Origin: Micrococcales bacterium
GTDB taxonomy: Bacteria; Actinomycetota; Actinomycetes; Actinomycetales; WQXJ01
Assembly: GCA_009784895.1 (NCBI GenBank)
Contig: WQXJ01000002.1
Span: forward strand, 16,903 to 80,902
Reading direction: 5' to 3'
Length of the DNA: 64,000 bases
Shown: positions 48,501-57,583 of the stretch, in pieces
How the letters are laid out: the number at the start of each line of letters is the position of its first letter
Numbering within the stretch: position 1 is the stretch's first letter
Position numbers and translations under genes: made by a program
The notes under the pieces: model-generated
Database searches by the model: none
What the model saw: the letters and a program-made list of their open reading frames with translations, nothing else
What the model was told of the DNA's origin: nothing

Positions 48501-49472
48501 ATGCGCATCAAGAAACTACTAACCATTGGCGCCGCGGGCCTGATGGCCTTGGGCCTATCTGCCACCTTGGCTGCTTGCGGCGGCGACGACACCCCGGCCG
48601 AAAAGAAGGCAGACGGCGGCGATGCCAAAACCATCTGCATGATCAACCTGTCGCTGGGAGGCGACTACTTTGCCGGTATGGACACCGCCGTGGGAGATAG
48701 GGCTAAGGAACTCGGCTGGGAAGTGCAGTCATACAACGCTGATGGCGATGCTGACAAAGTCCTGACCGACACTCAAACCTGCCTGGCCACTGGCCCTGAT
48801 GGCATTGTCTTCTCCGGCGCCTGGGTTAATGACTACCCGCAGGCCCTGGCCGATATTGACGACGCCGGCGTCCCGGTAGTACTGGTGGACCGGTTGACCA
48901 CCACTGAGGTCTTCACTGCTTGGGTTGGCCCAGAGAACGAACGTATGGGCACCGAGGTTGGCAACTACTTGGCTGAGCAGCTGGGCGGTGGCGGCACGGC
49001 CGTCATCATCCGCGGTGGCCCGGACGACAACACCATTGGCATTGCCCGTACCACCGGCGCCAAGGCTGCTTTCGATGCCGCTGGCATCACAATCGAAGTT
49101 GCCTCCGACTTTGGCAACTGGAACGCTGACGACGGCAAGACCTCAATGGAAAACATGATCGCCAAGCTCGACGGAAAGATCGACGTGGTCTTCTGTGAGA
49201 ACGACGATATGTGCCTGGGCGCTATGGCGGCCGCTAGCGATGCCGGCCTGGACAACATCATCATTGGTGGCATTGACGGTTCAGAAAAGGCCAAAGCGGA
49301 GATCGCCAAAGATGGCTCGAAGTACCTGGCGACCGGCTTCAACGATCCTTTCGTAATTGGCAAGAAGGGTGTTGACGTCCTGGCGGACATTTTCAATGGC
49401 GTCAACGTTGAGAAGATGCAAGGCATCGAATCACCCCTTATCACTGCCGCCAACGTCAACGACTACCTCTGA
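48501..49472 (+). CDS. Sugar ABC transporter substrate-binding lipoprotein (periplasmic-binding-protein type I fold)
   Basis: MRIKKLLTIGAAGLMALGLSATLAACGG lipobox, with RBS AAGGAG 7 nt upstream of the ATG at 48501. Confidence 0.85.
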   Translation: MRIKKLLTIGAAGLMALGLSATLAACGGDDTPAEKKADGGDAKTICMINLSLGGDYFAGMDTAVGDRAKELGWEVQSYNADGDADKVLTDTQTCLATGPDGIVFSGAWVNDYPQALADIDDAGVPVVLVDRLTTTEVFTAWVGPENERMGTEVGNYLAEQLGGGGTAVIIRGGPDDNTIGIARTTGAKAAFDAAGITIEVASDFGNWNADDGKTSMENMIAKLDGKIDVVFCENDDMCLGAMAAASDAGLDNIIIGGIDGSEKAKAEIAKDGSKYLATGFNDPFVIGKKGVDVLADIFNGVNVEKMQGIESPLITAANVNDYL

Positions 49473-49489
49473 GACATCTGGCAGCTGCC

Positions 49490-50152
49490 GTGATAACTGA
49501 GGCTTTTGTCGAACTTAGCCGCCAGCACCGGATCATCCCGGTGGCGGTAGTCGACAATGCCGCTCGCGCTCCAGACCTGGGCCGGGCCCTCATAGCCGGG
49601 GGTCTGCCCCTAATTGAAGTGACTCTGAGAACGCCGGCCGGTCTGGCCGCCATCGCCGCCTTGGCGGCTGCTGGTGGCCCGGCCGGTGGGCCACCGCTAG
49701 TGGTTGGTGCGGGCACGGTCCTGAACGCCAATCAGGTCGATGCGGCCGTGGCGGCCGGCGCTAGTTTCGTCGTCTCGCCCGGCTACAGCCCCTCCGTGGT
49801 GGCGCGCTGCCTTGAGCTAGGAGTCAGCGCGCTACCCGGCGTGGCCACAGCCAGTGAGATGATGGCGGCCCTGGAACAAGGGGTCGGGCTGGTCAAGTTC
49901 TTCCCGGCCGCTCAGCTGGGTGGACCGGCCGGTTTGGCCGCATTTTGCTCGGTTTTTGCCGAACTGAACTTTGTGCCTACCGGTGGGGTGGGACCAGGTA
50001 ACTTATCCGACTATTTGGCGTTGGCGCCGGTGGCGGCCGTGGGAGGCAGCTGGATGGTGCCTCGCGCCCTCGTGGCCGATGGCGATTTTGCCCAAGTAGA
50101 AGAGCTGGTCAGTCAGGCCGTCTCGCTGGCCGCGAGGCGGCCGCCCAAATAA
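49490..50152 (+). CDS. eda: 2-dehydro-3-deoxyphosphogluconate (KDPG/KHG) aldolase
   Basis: GLPLIEVTLRTPAGLAAI, GAGTVL, VSPG and VKFFPA motifs of the Eda family. Confidence 0.8.
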   Translation: MITEAFVELSRQHRIIPVAVVDNAARAPDLGRALIAGGLPLIEVTLRTPAGLAAIAALAAAGGPAGGPPLVVGAGTVLNANQVDAAVAAGASFVVSPGYSPSVVARCLELGVSALPGVATASEMMAALEQGVGLVKFFPAAQLGGPAGLAAFCSVFAELNFVPTGGVGPGNLSDYLALAPVAAVGGSWMVPRALVADGDFAQVEELVSQAVSLAARRPPK

Positions 50153-50193
50153 CTACTACCGGAGCCGGCGGTGGCCGGTTCGAAAAACTGAAG

Positions 50194-51315
50194 GTGATGT
50201 CATTGACGCTCGATTTGCGCCCTAGGAACACATGTGAGTTCGATGTGGTGGCTCTGGGCGAAGTCATGTTGCGCCTGGACCCGGGGGCCAACCGGATCCG
50301 CCGAGCGCGTCAGTTTACGGTCTGGGAAGGCGGCGGCGAATACAACGTCGCGCGCGGCTTGTCCGCGGTCTTTGGCCTGCGTGCCGCCGTCCTGACCGGC
50401 CTGCCCTCCACCGAGGTGGGCCACCTGGCCGAGGGGTTGATCCGCGCCTCCGGCGTCAGTACTGAACTTGTCCACTGGAGCCCCTATGACGGAGTTGGCG
50501 AAACTGGCCGGCTGGGCCTGAACTTCACCGAGCGCGGCTTTTCGGTGCGCCCGGCCCTGGGGGTCTCCGACAGGGCTCATTCTGCAGCCTCGGCGTTGAC
50601 CAGCCAAGACTTCGACCTCGAAGACCTTTTTGGCCGGCGCGGGGTGCGTTGGTTGCACACCGGCGGCATATTTGCCGCGCTCTCCCCCAGCGCGGCCGCC
50701 CTAGCCGAGACGGCCATGGCCGCGGCCAGTCGCAACGGCACGGTCGTGTCCTATGACCTCAACTACCGCGAATCGCTCTGGCGCCGGCTGGGTGGGCAGG
50801 CTGCCGCCCAGGCGGTCAACCAGCGCTTGGCGCCGTTTGTTGACGTCATGTTGGGCAATGAGGAGGACTTCACCGCCGCCCTTGGAATTGCCGCCGATGG
50901 CGTTGCCCCAGACCTGGGCGATCTGCCAGTTCCGGCTTTCAAGGCCCTGATTGAAAAGGCTGCGGCGGCCTTTCCCAACCTCAAGCTAGTCGCCACCACT
51001 TTGCGCCGGGTGATCAGTGCTTCGGTCAACGATTGGGGGGCTGTCGCCTGGGGTCGCGACCCAGATGGCTCGGGGCAATTCGCCGAGGCCACACCGTATT
51101 CAGCCCTGGAGATCCTCGACCGGGTTGGCGGAGGCGATTCCTTTGCCACCGGCTTGATCAACGGCCTAATGGAGGGACTGGATTTACCCGCCGCGGTCCA
51201 GCTTGGCCTGGCTAACGGAGCTTTGGCTATGACCACACCTGGCGACACTTCCCAGGCCGACGCAGCCCAAGTCCGCCACTTGGCCGGGGGCGGCAGCGCC
51301 CGGGTTGTCCGCTAG
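50194..51315 (+). CDS. kdgK: PfkB-family sugar kinase (2-dehydro-3-deoxygluconokinase-like)
   Basis: VVALGEVMLRLDPG and WEGGGEYNVA near the N-terminus, with a C-terminal GGGDSFATG anion-hole motif. Confidence 0.75.
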   Translation: MMSLTLDLRPRNTCEFDVVALGEVMLRLDPGANRIRRARQFTVWEGGGEYNVARGLSAVFGLRAAVLTGLPSTEVGHLAEGLIRASGVSTELVHWSPYDGVGETGRLGLNFTERGFSVRPALGVSDRAHSAASALTSQDFDLEDLFGRRGVRWLHTGGIFAALSPSAAALAETAMAAASRNGTVVSYDLNYRESLWRRLGGQAAAQAVNQRLAPFVDVMLGNEEDFTAALGIAADGVAPDLGDLPVPAFKALIEKAAAAFPNLKLVATTLRRVISASVNDWGAVAWGRDPDGSGQFAEATPYSALEILDRVGGGDSFATGLINGLMEGLDLPAAVQLGLANGALAMTTPGDTSQADAAQVRHLAGGGSARVVR

Positions 51316-51374
51316 CCACCAGCCGCCCGGCCACCCAACTCTCCAGCCACCCAGCTCTCCAGCCGCCGCCCGCT

Positions 51375-51672
51375 CCCCCCTTTTCCGCGAGTCCAGGGTT
51401 TGGCACCATGCCCCTTTTCCGCGAGTCCAGGGTTTGGCAGCATGATTCAGGCTCGCGGGGCACTGCGTTGTCATGCAGGACCTCGGACTCGCGGAATTTG
51501 GGGTGGTGTCAAAGCTCGGACTCGCGTGTTGGGGCTGGTCAGAACCCACTTTCCGCGAATCCAGGCTTTGGCAGCATGATTCAGGCTCGCGGGGCACTGC
51601 GTTGTCATGCAGAACCTCGGACTCGCGGAATTTGGGGTGGTGTCAAAGCTCGGACTCGCGGAATTTGGGGGC
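51375..51672. repeat. Core-repeat array R19 (kdgK / ABC-2 ATPase)
   Basis: Core order is F F I I F I I, with a 134-bp higher-order unit repeated twice (GGCAGCATGATTCAGGCTCG at 51436 and 51570). The array ends 16 nt before the GTG at 51689. It is preceded by a 16-bp duplication CCACCCA(A/G)CTCTCCAG (51331-51362). Confidence 0.95.
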
Positions 51673-51688
51673 GTGCTAGGGTCACAAG

Positions 51689-52576
51689 GTGCTTGAATTC
51701 GCGCGGCTGACCAAGCGCTTTGGGACTCTCACAGCGGTCGATGACCTGAGCTTTCAAGCTCGGCCCGGACGGGTGACCGGCTTTCTGGGACCAAACGGCG
51801 CCGGTAAGACAACGTCCCTTCGCTGCGCCTTGGGTCTGGTCAAACCAAACGCCGGACAGGTCAGGTTCGACGGCCGGGCCTACCGGCAAATCCCAAAACC
51901 GGCTGCTCACATTGGCGTGACGCTGGAGGCTTCAGCTTTCCATCCGGGCCGTTCCGGCCTGAACCACCTGCTGTCCTTGGCCCCGGGTATTGGTGCGGGC
52001 CGCCAGCGCTGCCTGCAGGCCCTCGAGCAAGTTGGGCTGTCCGAGCAGGCCAACAAGCGGGTGGGCGAATTCTCGACTGGAATGCGCGGTCGCCTGGCCC
52101 TAGCCGGCGCCTTGCTGGGTGACCCCCAAGTCTTGTTACTTGATGAGCCGACCAACGGCCTAGACCCGGAGGGCATCGCCTGGATCCGCACACTGTTGCG
52201 GACCCTAGCCGGCCAGGGCCGAACGGTGTTGGTCTCCTCCCACCTGCTGAGCGAGGTTGAACAAACCGTCGATGACGTGGTCATCATTGCCAAGGGTCGC
52301 CTGGTTCACGCCTCGTCGCTGGAGGCTATGCGCACCTTGGCCACACCCCGCACCAAAGTGGTGGCAACCGACCCAGGCGCTTTTGGCGCCCTAACTGCCC
52401 GTATGGGCTGGCAGGCGGCTGCCGACCCAGCCGGGGTCGTCATAGTCGAGGGACCCGACGCCGCCACCGTTGGCCACGCCGCCTTCGAGGCCCGGGTCGA
52501 GCTGCATCAGCTGGTGCCACTGCAAGAGGGCCTGGAACAACTGTTTTTTGCGATGACCGAGGGGCCGCGATCATGA
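51689..52576 (+). CDS. ABC transporter ATP-binding protein (ABC-2 exporter type)
   Basis: GPNGAGKTT, FSTGMRGRLALA and LLLDEPTNGLD. Confidence 0.9.
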   Translation: MLEFARLTKRFGTLTAVDDLSFQARPGRVTGFLGPNGAGKTTSLRCALGLVKPNAGQVRFDGRAYRQIPKPAAHIGVTLEASAFHPGRSGLNHLLSLAPGIGAGRQRCLQALEQVGLSEQANKRVGEFSTGMRGRLALAGALLGDPQVLLLDEPTNGLDPEGIAWIRTLLRTLAGQGRTVLVSSHLLSEVEQTVDDVVIIAKGRLVHASSLEAMRTLATPRTKVVATDPGAFGALTARMGWQAAADPAGVVIVEGPDAATVGHAAFEARVELHQLVPLQEGLEQLFFAMTEGPRS

Positions 52577-53379
52577 CCGCGGCGATTAGGTCGGAGTACC
52601 GCAAGTTCTTTTCCACCCGGCTGTGGTGGATTCTATTGGTTTGCATGGCCGGGTACATGGCCCTGATGACCTTGCTGATGGTGGGCATGCTGCACTTCGC
52701 GACCGACGAAGACAGCCGGCAGCTCGCCGGTGTCATTGACCTGGGGCAGTTAGCCTATTCGATGGTCAACGCGCTGGGTTATGTCTTCCCGGTGCTGGTG
52801 GGAGCGCTGGCCATTACCCAAGAGTTCAGGCACCAGACCGTCACGCCAACCTTTCTGGTCGAACCGCGCCGCGGCCTGGTGATGGCGGCCAAACTGGTGG
52901 CGGCCATTCCAATGGGCTTTGCCTTTGCGTTGGCCAGCGTGCTGACCGTGGCGATATGCGGCAGTGGCTTTCTGGCCATCATCGGCGAACCGACCGGGCT
53001 GGGGCAAGCTTCGACCTGGGCGCTGATCGGTCGCACCCTACTGGCGATGACGCTGTGGGCCTTGGTCGGGGTTGGGGTTGGCACTCTGATCCCGAACCAA
53101 GTGGTCGTCATCGTGGTGGTGCTGGCGGTCTCCCAGATGGTCGAACCGATGCTGCGCATGCTGCCAATCCTGACCGGGAGGTCAATGCCTGTCCTGGACT
53201 TCCTGCCATCTGCCTCAGGGGACGCCATTATTGGCCAGTCCTTCTATTCATTGATGGCGGGCGGAGGCTCGATGGGCTCCTTGCTCCCCGCCTGGGCGGG
53301 CGTCTTGGCGCTGATCGCTTGGGGTCTGATACCGGCCGGCATCGGACTGTTTACGTCGCTACGGCGAGATATCACCTGA
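52573..53379 (+). CDS. ABC-2 family transporter permease
   Basis: 268 aa with six predicted TM segments, overlapping the ATPase gene by 4 nt. Confidence 0.8.
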   Translation: MTAAIRSEYRKFFSTRLWWILLVCMAGYMALMTLLMVGMLHFATDEDSRQLAGVIDLGQLAYSMVNALGYVFPVLVGALAITQEFRHQTVTPTFLVEPRRGLVMAAKLVAAIPMGFAFALASVLTVAICGSGFLAIIGEPTGLGQASTWALIGRTLLAMTLWALVGVGVGTLIPNQVVVIVVVLAVSQMVEPMLRMLPILTGRSMPVLDFLPSASGDAIIGQSFYSLMAGGGSMGSLLPAWAGVLALIAWGLIPAGIGLFTSLRRDIT

Positions 53380-53409
53380 CGCGCCCAGGAAACCTCCAAG
53401 CCCCACCGC

Positions 53410-53463
53410 CTGAATGGACCCGGCTCCTTTTGAGCCAGCCCATTCAACCTCGCTCGGGCGCTG
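53410..53463 (+). repeat. kgd-upstream 54-nt element, copy 1
   Basis: CTGAATGGACCCGGCTCCTTTTGAGCCAGCCCATTCAACCTCGCTCGGGCGCTG. It contains an imperfect hairpin (GAATGG...GGCTC / GAGCC...CCATTC). Confidence 0.85.
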
Positions 53464-53505
53464 CAATCCTCAACCTGCGGCCTCGTCAACAGCTGGTCGC
53501 TCGGT

Positions 53506-53558
53506 CTGAATGGACCCGGCTCCTTTGGAGCCAGCCCATTCAACCTCGCTCGGGCGCT
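53506..53558 (+). repeat. kgd-upstream element, copy 2
   Basis: Identical to copy 1 except the loop (CTTTG versus CTTTTG), offset by 96 bp. It ends ~100 nt before the kgd GTG. Confidence 0.85.
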
Positions 53559-53662
53559 GTAGGATCGAACGGTGGCAAAGCTGCCCACTGGCTTGCCTGG
53601 CGGTCTAGCCGTCACGGCAGGTATCTGCCCATCTACTGGTTCGGACGGAGAGGTCCACTGAA

Positions 53663-56600
53663 GTGACAACGACTGAGCACTCACCCATAGGCCCCAAGGC
53701 TCTAGGAGCCAACGCTTGGCTGGTCGACGAACTGCACCAAAAGTATTTGACTGATAAGTCATCGGTTGACCCGGCCTGGTGGGACTTCTTTGAGGACTAC
53801 CAGCCCTCGTCAAGCCGCACCCCCAAGGCTCCGGCCGCGCCCTCGGCCGCAGCGGCCACGATTGCACCCGAACAGGCCGCCGGCCCGGTGCCAATCGCTA
53901 GGCCGGAACCAGTCCCCCGCGACCATCTGGTCCGCAAGCCAAAGCCAGTTGACCTGGCGGTCGATGTCACTCCCGAGGCCGCCGCCGTCACCGCGATTGC
54001 GCGCTACGCCTCATCCGAACCCGAAGCCCTGACCGAAAGCGGTGAGGCCACCGAAGACGAGTCCGTCATCCTCAAGGGCCCGGCCATGCGCACGGCGGTC
54101 AACATGGCCGCCTCGCTGGGCGTGCCCACAGCCACCTCGATTCGTGAAGTGCCGGTCAAGGTGCTGATCGAAAACAGGATGCTGATCAACAACCAGCTGG
54201 CCCGCGACCGCGGCGGGCGGGTTTCCTTCACCCACTTGATCGCCTACGCCATGGCTGAGGCGCTGAGGGAAAGCCCCGACATGAACGTGGCTTATGCCGA
54301 CGAAAAGGGCAAACCGACCCTGCTGCGTCGCAAGCATGTTGGCCTGGGTTTGGCCATTGACCTGACCAAGCCGGATGGCACCAGGCAGCTGTTTGTGCCA
54401 TCGATCAAGAAGGCTGACACGCTGACCTTCGCCGAATTCTGGGCGGCCTATGAGGACATTGTGCGCCGGGCTCGGGCCGGCAAGCTGACGGTCGACGACC
54501 TTTCCGGTGTGACCTGCTCGCTGACCAACCCTGGTGGCATTGGCACCAGCGCCTCAGTGCCGCGGCTGATGCCCGGACAGAGTGTCATTGTTGGCGTGGG
54601 CGCCATGACCTATCCGGCGGCTTTCCAGGGCGCCAACGACGAAACCCTGTCTGATTGGGGCGTCTCGAAGCTGCTGACTCTGACCTCGACCTATGACCAT
54701 CGGGTTATCCAAGGGGCCCAGTCCGGTGAATTCTTGCGCCGCATGGAGGCCAAGCTGTTAGGCCAGGACGGCTTCTACGAGCGGGTCCTGGCTTCGCTGC
54801 GCATTCCCTATGAGCCATTCCGCTGGGAACGGGATCTCAGGGCGCCAATGGAGGCCAAGACCAACGCCGTGGCCCGCTTGATCCACTCCTACCGGGTGCG
54901 CGGACACATGATGGCGGATATCGACCCACTGGCCTATCGCCAACGCGGTCATGAAGACTTGATGCTGACCAACTACGGGCTGTCAATCTGGGACATGGAC
55001 CGGGTCTTCCCAACCGGCGGCTTCTCTGAGAAATCAGAGATGACCCTGCGGGAAATCGTCACCCGGGCGCGTGACACTTACTGCCGCAAGATCGGCGTCG
55101 AGTACATGCATCTCGATGATCCTGACCAGCGCGCCTGGCTATCCAAGCGCCTTGAGCGCCCGGCCGAACCAATGGAACCGGAAGACCAAGAGCGCACCTT
55201 GCGCAAGCTCAACCAAGCCGAAGCCTTTGAGACGTTCTTGCAGACCAAGTACATTGGCGCCAAGCGCTTCTCGCTAGAGGGTTCGGAGTCAGTCATCCCG
55301 ACAATTGACGCCATGATCAGCCGCTACGCCGACCACGGGGCGCATGAAGTGGTCATCGGCATGGCCCACCGCGGCCGGCTCAACGTTCTGACCAATGTGG
55401 CCGGCAAGTCCTACGCCCAGGTCTTCTCAGAGTTCGAAGACGACCAAGACGCCATTACGGTTGAGGGCTCAGGCGACGTCAAGTATCACCTAGGTACTGA
55501 GGGAACCTGCACCGCGCCATCGGGCGCCCAAATCAGTGTCTACATGGCTGCCAACCCGTCCCACCTCGAAGCTGCGGACGGCGTTGTTGCGGGTATCGCC
55601 CGGGCCAAGCAAGACCGGCTTAACCTGGGCGCAGGCGCCCCGCAGGCGGTCGTGCCCGTGGCCATTCATGGTGATGCGGCCTTCGCCGGCCAGGGCGTTG
55701 TCATGGAAACCCTCAACCTGGGCAAACTGCGTGGCTACCGCACCGGCGGCACCATTCACATCATCATCAACAACCAGGTCGGTTTCACGGCCGGCACCGT
55801 TGATTCGCGTTCGACCTACTACTGCACCGATATGGCCAAGGGCTTTGACGTGCCGATCTTCCACATCAACGGCGACGACCCGGAGGCTTGTATCCAAGCC
55901 ACCTTGCTGGCGGCCGATTTCCGCGATCACTTCCAGTCCGATGTGATTGTTGACCTGATTTCCTATCGCCGCCGCGGCCACAACGAGGGCGACGACCCCT
56001 CGATGACCCAGCCGGTGATGTACCAGTTCATCGACCAGAAGCGGTCAGTGCGCAAGCTCTACACCGAGGCCCTGATTGGCCGCGGCGACTTGTCAATGGA
56101 ACAGGCCGAGGAATCGCTCAAGTTCTTCCAGTCTGAGCTGGACCGGGCCTTGACCGAAACGCGCGACGCGCTGACGGCGGCCAAAGAGGGCAACAAGGAA
56201 GCCGCCAAGGGCCTGTCGCACGGCCTCGAAGTGCCGGTCTCGCAGCGCGAGGAGGCCGGAGTGCTATCCGGCTGGAAGACGGCCATCAGCCCGGCTGTGA
56301 TCGAGCGGGTGGGCCAGGTCTTTGTCAACCCGCCGGCTGGATTCACCGTCCACCCCAAGTTGGAGTCGCTGCTCCAGAAACGCGCCCAAATGGCCAAAGA
56401 AGGCGGGATCGACTGGGGTATGGCGGAAATGCTGGCCTACGGCTCGCTGATGCTAGAGGATATTCCGGTCCGCCTGACCGGCCAGGACTCACGCCGCGGC
56501 ACCTTTGCCCACCGCCATGTCACCTTCCACGACAAGGTCAACGGCTCGGAGTGGACCCCGCTGTGGTTCCTTTCTGACCATCAGGCCAAGATCTTTGTCT

Positions 56601-57430
56601 ACGATTCGGCCCTGTCGGAGTACTCGATCAGCGCCTTCGAATACGGCTACTCGGTTGAGCGGCCGGACGCGTTGGTGATGTGGGAGGCGCAATTTGGTGA
56701 CTTCTTCAATGGCGCCCAAACGGTGGCGGACGAGTTCGTCTCCAGCGCCGAACAGAAGTGGCAGCAGCGCTCCTCTGTCGTGTTCTTGCTGCCGCACGGC
56801 TACGAGGGTCAGGGCCCGGACCACTCTTCGGCCCGGATCGAGCGCTGGCTACAGCTCTGCGCCGAAGACAACATGCGGATCGCCCAGCCCACGTTGCCGG
56901 CCAACTACGCGCATCTGCTGCGTTTGCAGGCCTACAACCGGCCGCGCAAGCCGTTGATCGTCTTCACACCCAAGTCCGGCCTGCGCCGCAAAGAGGCCGT
57001 CTCTTCACTGGAGGATTTCACCACTGGCACGTTCCAGCCTGTCATTGTCGACCCCGGTGCCGAAGGCGCCTCCAAGGTTCTGCTTTGCACCGGCCGGATC
57101 TACTGGGATCTCAGGGCTCGGCGGGCCAAGCTCGACCAGGCCGAACAAGCCAAGCTTCAGCTGGTCCGCTTCGAGCAGCTCTATCCGCTCGATCCGGAGG
57201 TTTTGGCCCAGGTCACGGCCAATTGGGCGGCCGATGCCGACGTCGTTTGGGTTCAAGACGAGCCGGAGAACCAGGGCGCTTGGACCCATTTGATGCGCCA
57301 GCTACCGGCCCATCTTGGTGGGCGCCAGCTGCGTGTCGTGGCCCGGCCAGATGCCGCCTCGCCGGCCACCGGTTCACATAACGGGCACGACGTTGAGCAG
57401 CGTGAGCTGCTGAACCGCGCCTTCGCCTAG
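53663..57430 (+). CDS. kgd: Multifunctional 2-oxoglutarate dehydrogenase/decarboxylase E1 with fused E2-like succinyltransferase domain (Kgd/OdhA type)
   Basis: N-terminus ANAWLVDELHQKYL, an acyltransferase domain with intact TYDHRVIQGA, and ThDP E1o motifs GMAHRGRLNVL and HGDAAFAGQG; 1255 aa with no lipoyl domain. Confidence 0.9.
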   Translation: MTTTEHSPIGPKALGANAWLVDELHQKYLTDKSSVDPAWWDFFEDYQPSSSRTPKAPAAPSAAAATIAPEQAAGPVPIARPEPVPRDHLVRKPKPVDLAVDVTPEAAAVTAIARYASSEPEALTESGEATEDESVILKGPAMRTAVNMAASLGVPTATSIREVPVKVLIENRMLINNQLARDRGGRVSFTHLIAYAMAEALRESPDMNVAYADEKGKPTLLRRKHVGLGLAIDLTKPDGTRQLFVPSIKKADTLTFAEFWAAYEDIVRRARAGKLTVDDLSGVTCSLTNPGGIGTSASVPRLMPGQSVIVGVGAMTYPAAFQGANDETLSDWGVSKLLTLTSTYDHRVIQGAQSGEFLRRMEAKLLGQDGFYERVLASLRIPYEPFRWERDLRAPMEAKTNAVARLIHSYRVRGHMMADIDPLAYRQRGHEDLMLTNYGLSIWDMDRVFPTGGFSEKSEMTLREIVTRARDTYCRKIGVEYMHLDDPDQRAWLSKRLERPAEPMEPEDQERTLRKLNQAEAFETFLQTKYIGAKRFSLEGSESVIPTIDAMISRYADHGAHEVVIGMAHRGRLNVLTNVAGKSYAQVFSEFEDDQDAITVEGSGDVKYHLGTEGTCTAPSGAQISVYMAANPSHLEAADGVVAGIARAKQDRLNLGAGAPQAVVPVAIHGDAAFAGQGVVMETLNLGKLRGYRTGGTIHIIINNQVGFTAGTVDSRSTYYCTDMAKGFDVPIFHINGDDPEACIQATLLAADFRDHFQSDVIVDLISYRRRGHNEGDDPSMTQPVMYQFIDQKRSVRKLYTEALIGRGDLSMEQAEESLKFFQSELDRALTETRDALTAAKEGNKEAAKGLSHGLEVPVSQREEAGVLSGWKTAISPAVIERVGQVFVNPPAGFTVHPKLESLLQKRAQMAKEGGIDWGMAEMLAYGSLMLEDIPVRLTGQDSRRGTFAHRHVTFHDKVNGSEWTPLWFLSDHQAKIFVYDSALSEYSISAFEYGYSVERPDALVMWEAQFGDFFNGAQTVADEFVSSAEQKWQQRSSVVFLLPHGYEGQGPDHSSARIERWLQLCAEDNMRIAQPTLPANYAHLLRLQAYNRPRKPLIVFTPKSGLRRKEAVSSLEDFTTGTFQPVIVDPGAEGASKVLLCTGRIYWDLRARRAKLDQAEQAKLQLVRFEQLYPLDPEVLAQVTANWAADADVVWVQDEPENQGAWTHLMRQLPAHLGGRQLRVVARPDAASPATGSHNGHDVEQRELLNRAFA

Positions 57431-57440
57431 TTTCGACGCA

Positions 57441-57494
57441 AAAACGCCAGTCCGAGCCTTCGCAGTTTGCTGCTAGGGCTCGGACTGGCGTTTT
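57441..57494. terminator. Bidirectional intrinsic terminator between kgd and the convergent solute-binding-protein gene, built from a head-to-head repeat pair
   Basis: AAAACGCCAGTCCGAGCC (57441-57458) pairs perfectly over 18 bp with GGCTCGGACTGGCGTTTT (57477-57494). There are inner GCAG/CTGC pairs and T-runs on both strands. The arms read AGTCCGAGCCTTCGCAG, i.e. a family core. Confidence 0.8.
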
Positions 57495-57583
57495 GTGGGG
57501 TTCTTTTTTCGCTGTCCGACGCCGGCTGCCGTAGTTGACCTGGCCGTCACCCGTTCGCTTGGCGGCGGTTCCAGGAGCTGGGG

